Positions 59,659-60,653 of a DNA stretch of 60,653 nt are shown piece by piece. Source of the stretch: Candidatus Epulonipiscium sp. GTDB taxonomy: Bacteria; Bacillota; Clostridia; Lachnospirales; Defluviitaleaceae. The notes under the pieces were generated by a model that was given only the letters and a program-made list of their open reading frames with translations, was not told the DNA's origin and did no database searches. Both the position numbers and the translations under genes were made by a program. Location: contig JAAYMW010000036.1 in assembly GCA_012521175.1 (NCBI GenBank), forward strand, positions 1 through 60,653, given 5' to 3'. How positions within the stretch are numbered: position 1 is the first letter of the stretch; each line of letters starts with the position of its first letter.

Positions 59659-60604
59659 ATAGCCATTTTTTTCGTTTAAATATAATGTAGAGAATAAGGA
59701 TAAGAAGAACCATGATGCAAAGACTTAGTGGATATCCGTATTTCCAACTTAGTTCCGGCATATATTCAAAATTCATGCCATAGATTCCAGTAATCAGCGT
59801 AAGGGGAGCAAAGAAAAGGGCGAGTATAGTCAATCGAGTCACAATGTCATTGGTTTGTGCTGTAAGAACGGATTCGTATAGATATAATAACTGATCCCCC
59901 ATTTCTTTTAAGCTGGATAGATAATCATAAAGTTTATTCATTCTGATATCAATGTTTTTAAAATATCGAAGATGGTTGGGATTGATAAATCCATTTTCAT
60001 TGACCAGAAATTGATCCCCAATATACAAAAGGGGGCGGAGATATTTTTTTAATTGATTGATTTGCATTCTTATAGCGTTTATTTCCATGAATTGTTTTTT
60101 CTCTATATTTTTTATGATGTCTAATTCTAAATGCTGAAGTTTGTCTTCTAAATCTTCTAAGGATGAAAAGAAATGACTAAGAATTCTATCAAATATCCAA
60201 AAATAGATTCGATTTAGTTCATTAGCAGGGTTATCCATCATATTTATTTTTTGAGAAATATATTTTTCTATTTCATCTATTATAGTGCTTTTTGGTTCTC
60301 CTACCAGGATAATATAATTAGAGCCAATATATAAATTAATTTCTTCAAAAAAAGTTTTGCCATCCAGAAAATAAAAGTAATTTAAACTTATAAAATCATA
60401 GTTTTCAAAGCTGTCGAAACGAATATTTTCATCAAAGGTTAAACATTCTTCAATAGTACTGGAGTCAAAATGAAATATGGATTGGAGGATTCCTATTTCT
60501 TTTGGAAAGCATAAAATAAAATAGCTATTATCTTCATTGTACCAGGAAAGATTATCCGAAATATCTTTAAGAATCTTATTTTGAGTAAGATGATAAATAT
60601 TCAT
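59657..60604 (-). CDS. corA: CorA family Mg2+/divalent cation transporter
   Basis: PLTLITGIYGMNF..MPEL.W.YGY signature with two C-terminal TM helices. Confidence 0.92.
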   Translation of the reverse strand: MNIYHLTQNKILKDISDNLSWYNEDNSYFILCFPKEIGILQSIFHFDSSTIEECLTFDENIRFDSFENYDFISLNYFYFLDGKTFFEEINLYIGSNYIILVGEPKSTIIDEIEKYISQKINMMDNPANELNRIYFWIFDRILSHFFSSLEDLEDKLQHLELDIIKNIEKKQFMEINAIRMQINQLKKYLRPLLYIGDQFLVNENGFINPNHLRYFKNIDIRMNKLYDYLSSLKEMGDQLLYLYESVLTAQTNDIVTRLTILALFFAPLTLITGIYGMNFEYMPELSWKYGYPLSLCIMVLLILILYIIFKRKKWL

Positions 60605-60653
60605 TTCTTTCCTTCTTTCAAAGGTATTTTTAAAGGTTAAAAGGAAATTAATA

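Overview
AT-rich chromosomal window from a clostridial (Bacillota) bacterium, mostly core metabolism: prmC-prfA, a PyrR-attenuated pyrB-pyrC-pyrF-carA-carB-pyrK-pyrD-pyrE operon, purK-purE, a guanine-riboswitch-led purC-F-M-N-D operon, purL, a Fur-boxed feoA-feoA-feoB operon, glnS, nagAB, corA, azlCD and aguA-aguB. No prophage, transposase, CRISPR array, rRNA or tRNA was seen. The accessory signals are: (1) five copies of a modular multi-hairpin intergenic repeat, four fused to terminator T-tracts, with one compensatory base change and one permuted copy; (2) two paralogous TetR-led chemosensory clusters, both decaying (a microhomology cheA::cheW deletion, a frameshifted MCP and a probable cheW relic), whose MCPs end in xFGKY pentapeptides; (3) a terminator-containing leader of unrecognised type upstream of agmatine deiminase; (4) a cation:proton antiporter followed by two non-canonical PII-like genes; (5) a FabX-like flavoprotein with tandem FabT-like boxes; (6) two small genes missed by the ORF track (Spo0E-like; FeoB-associated Cys-rich). 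All family calls come from motif recognition by eye, not from database searches.
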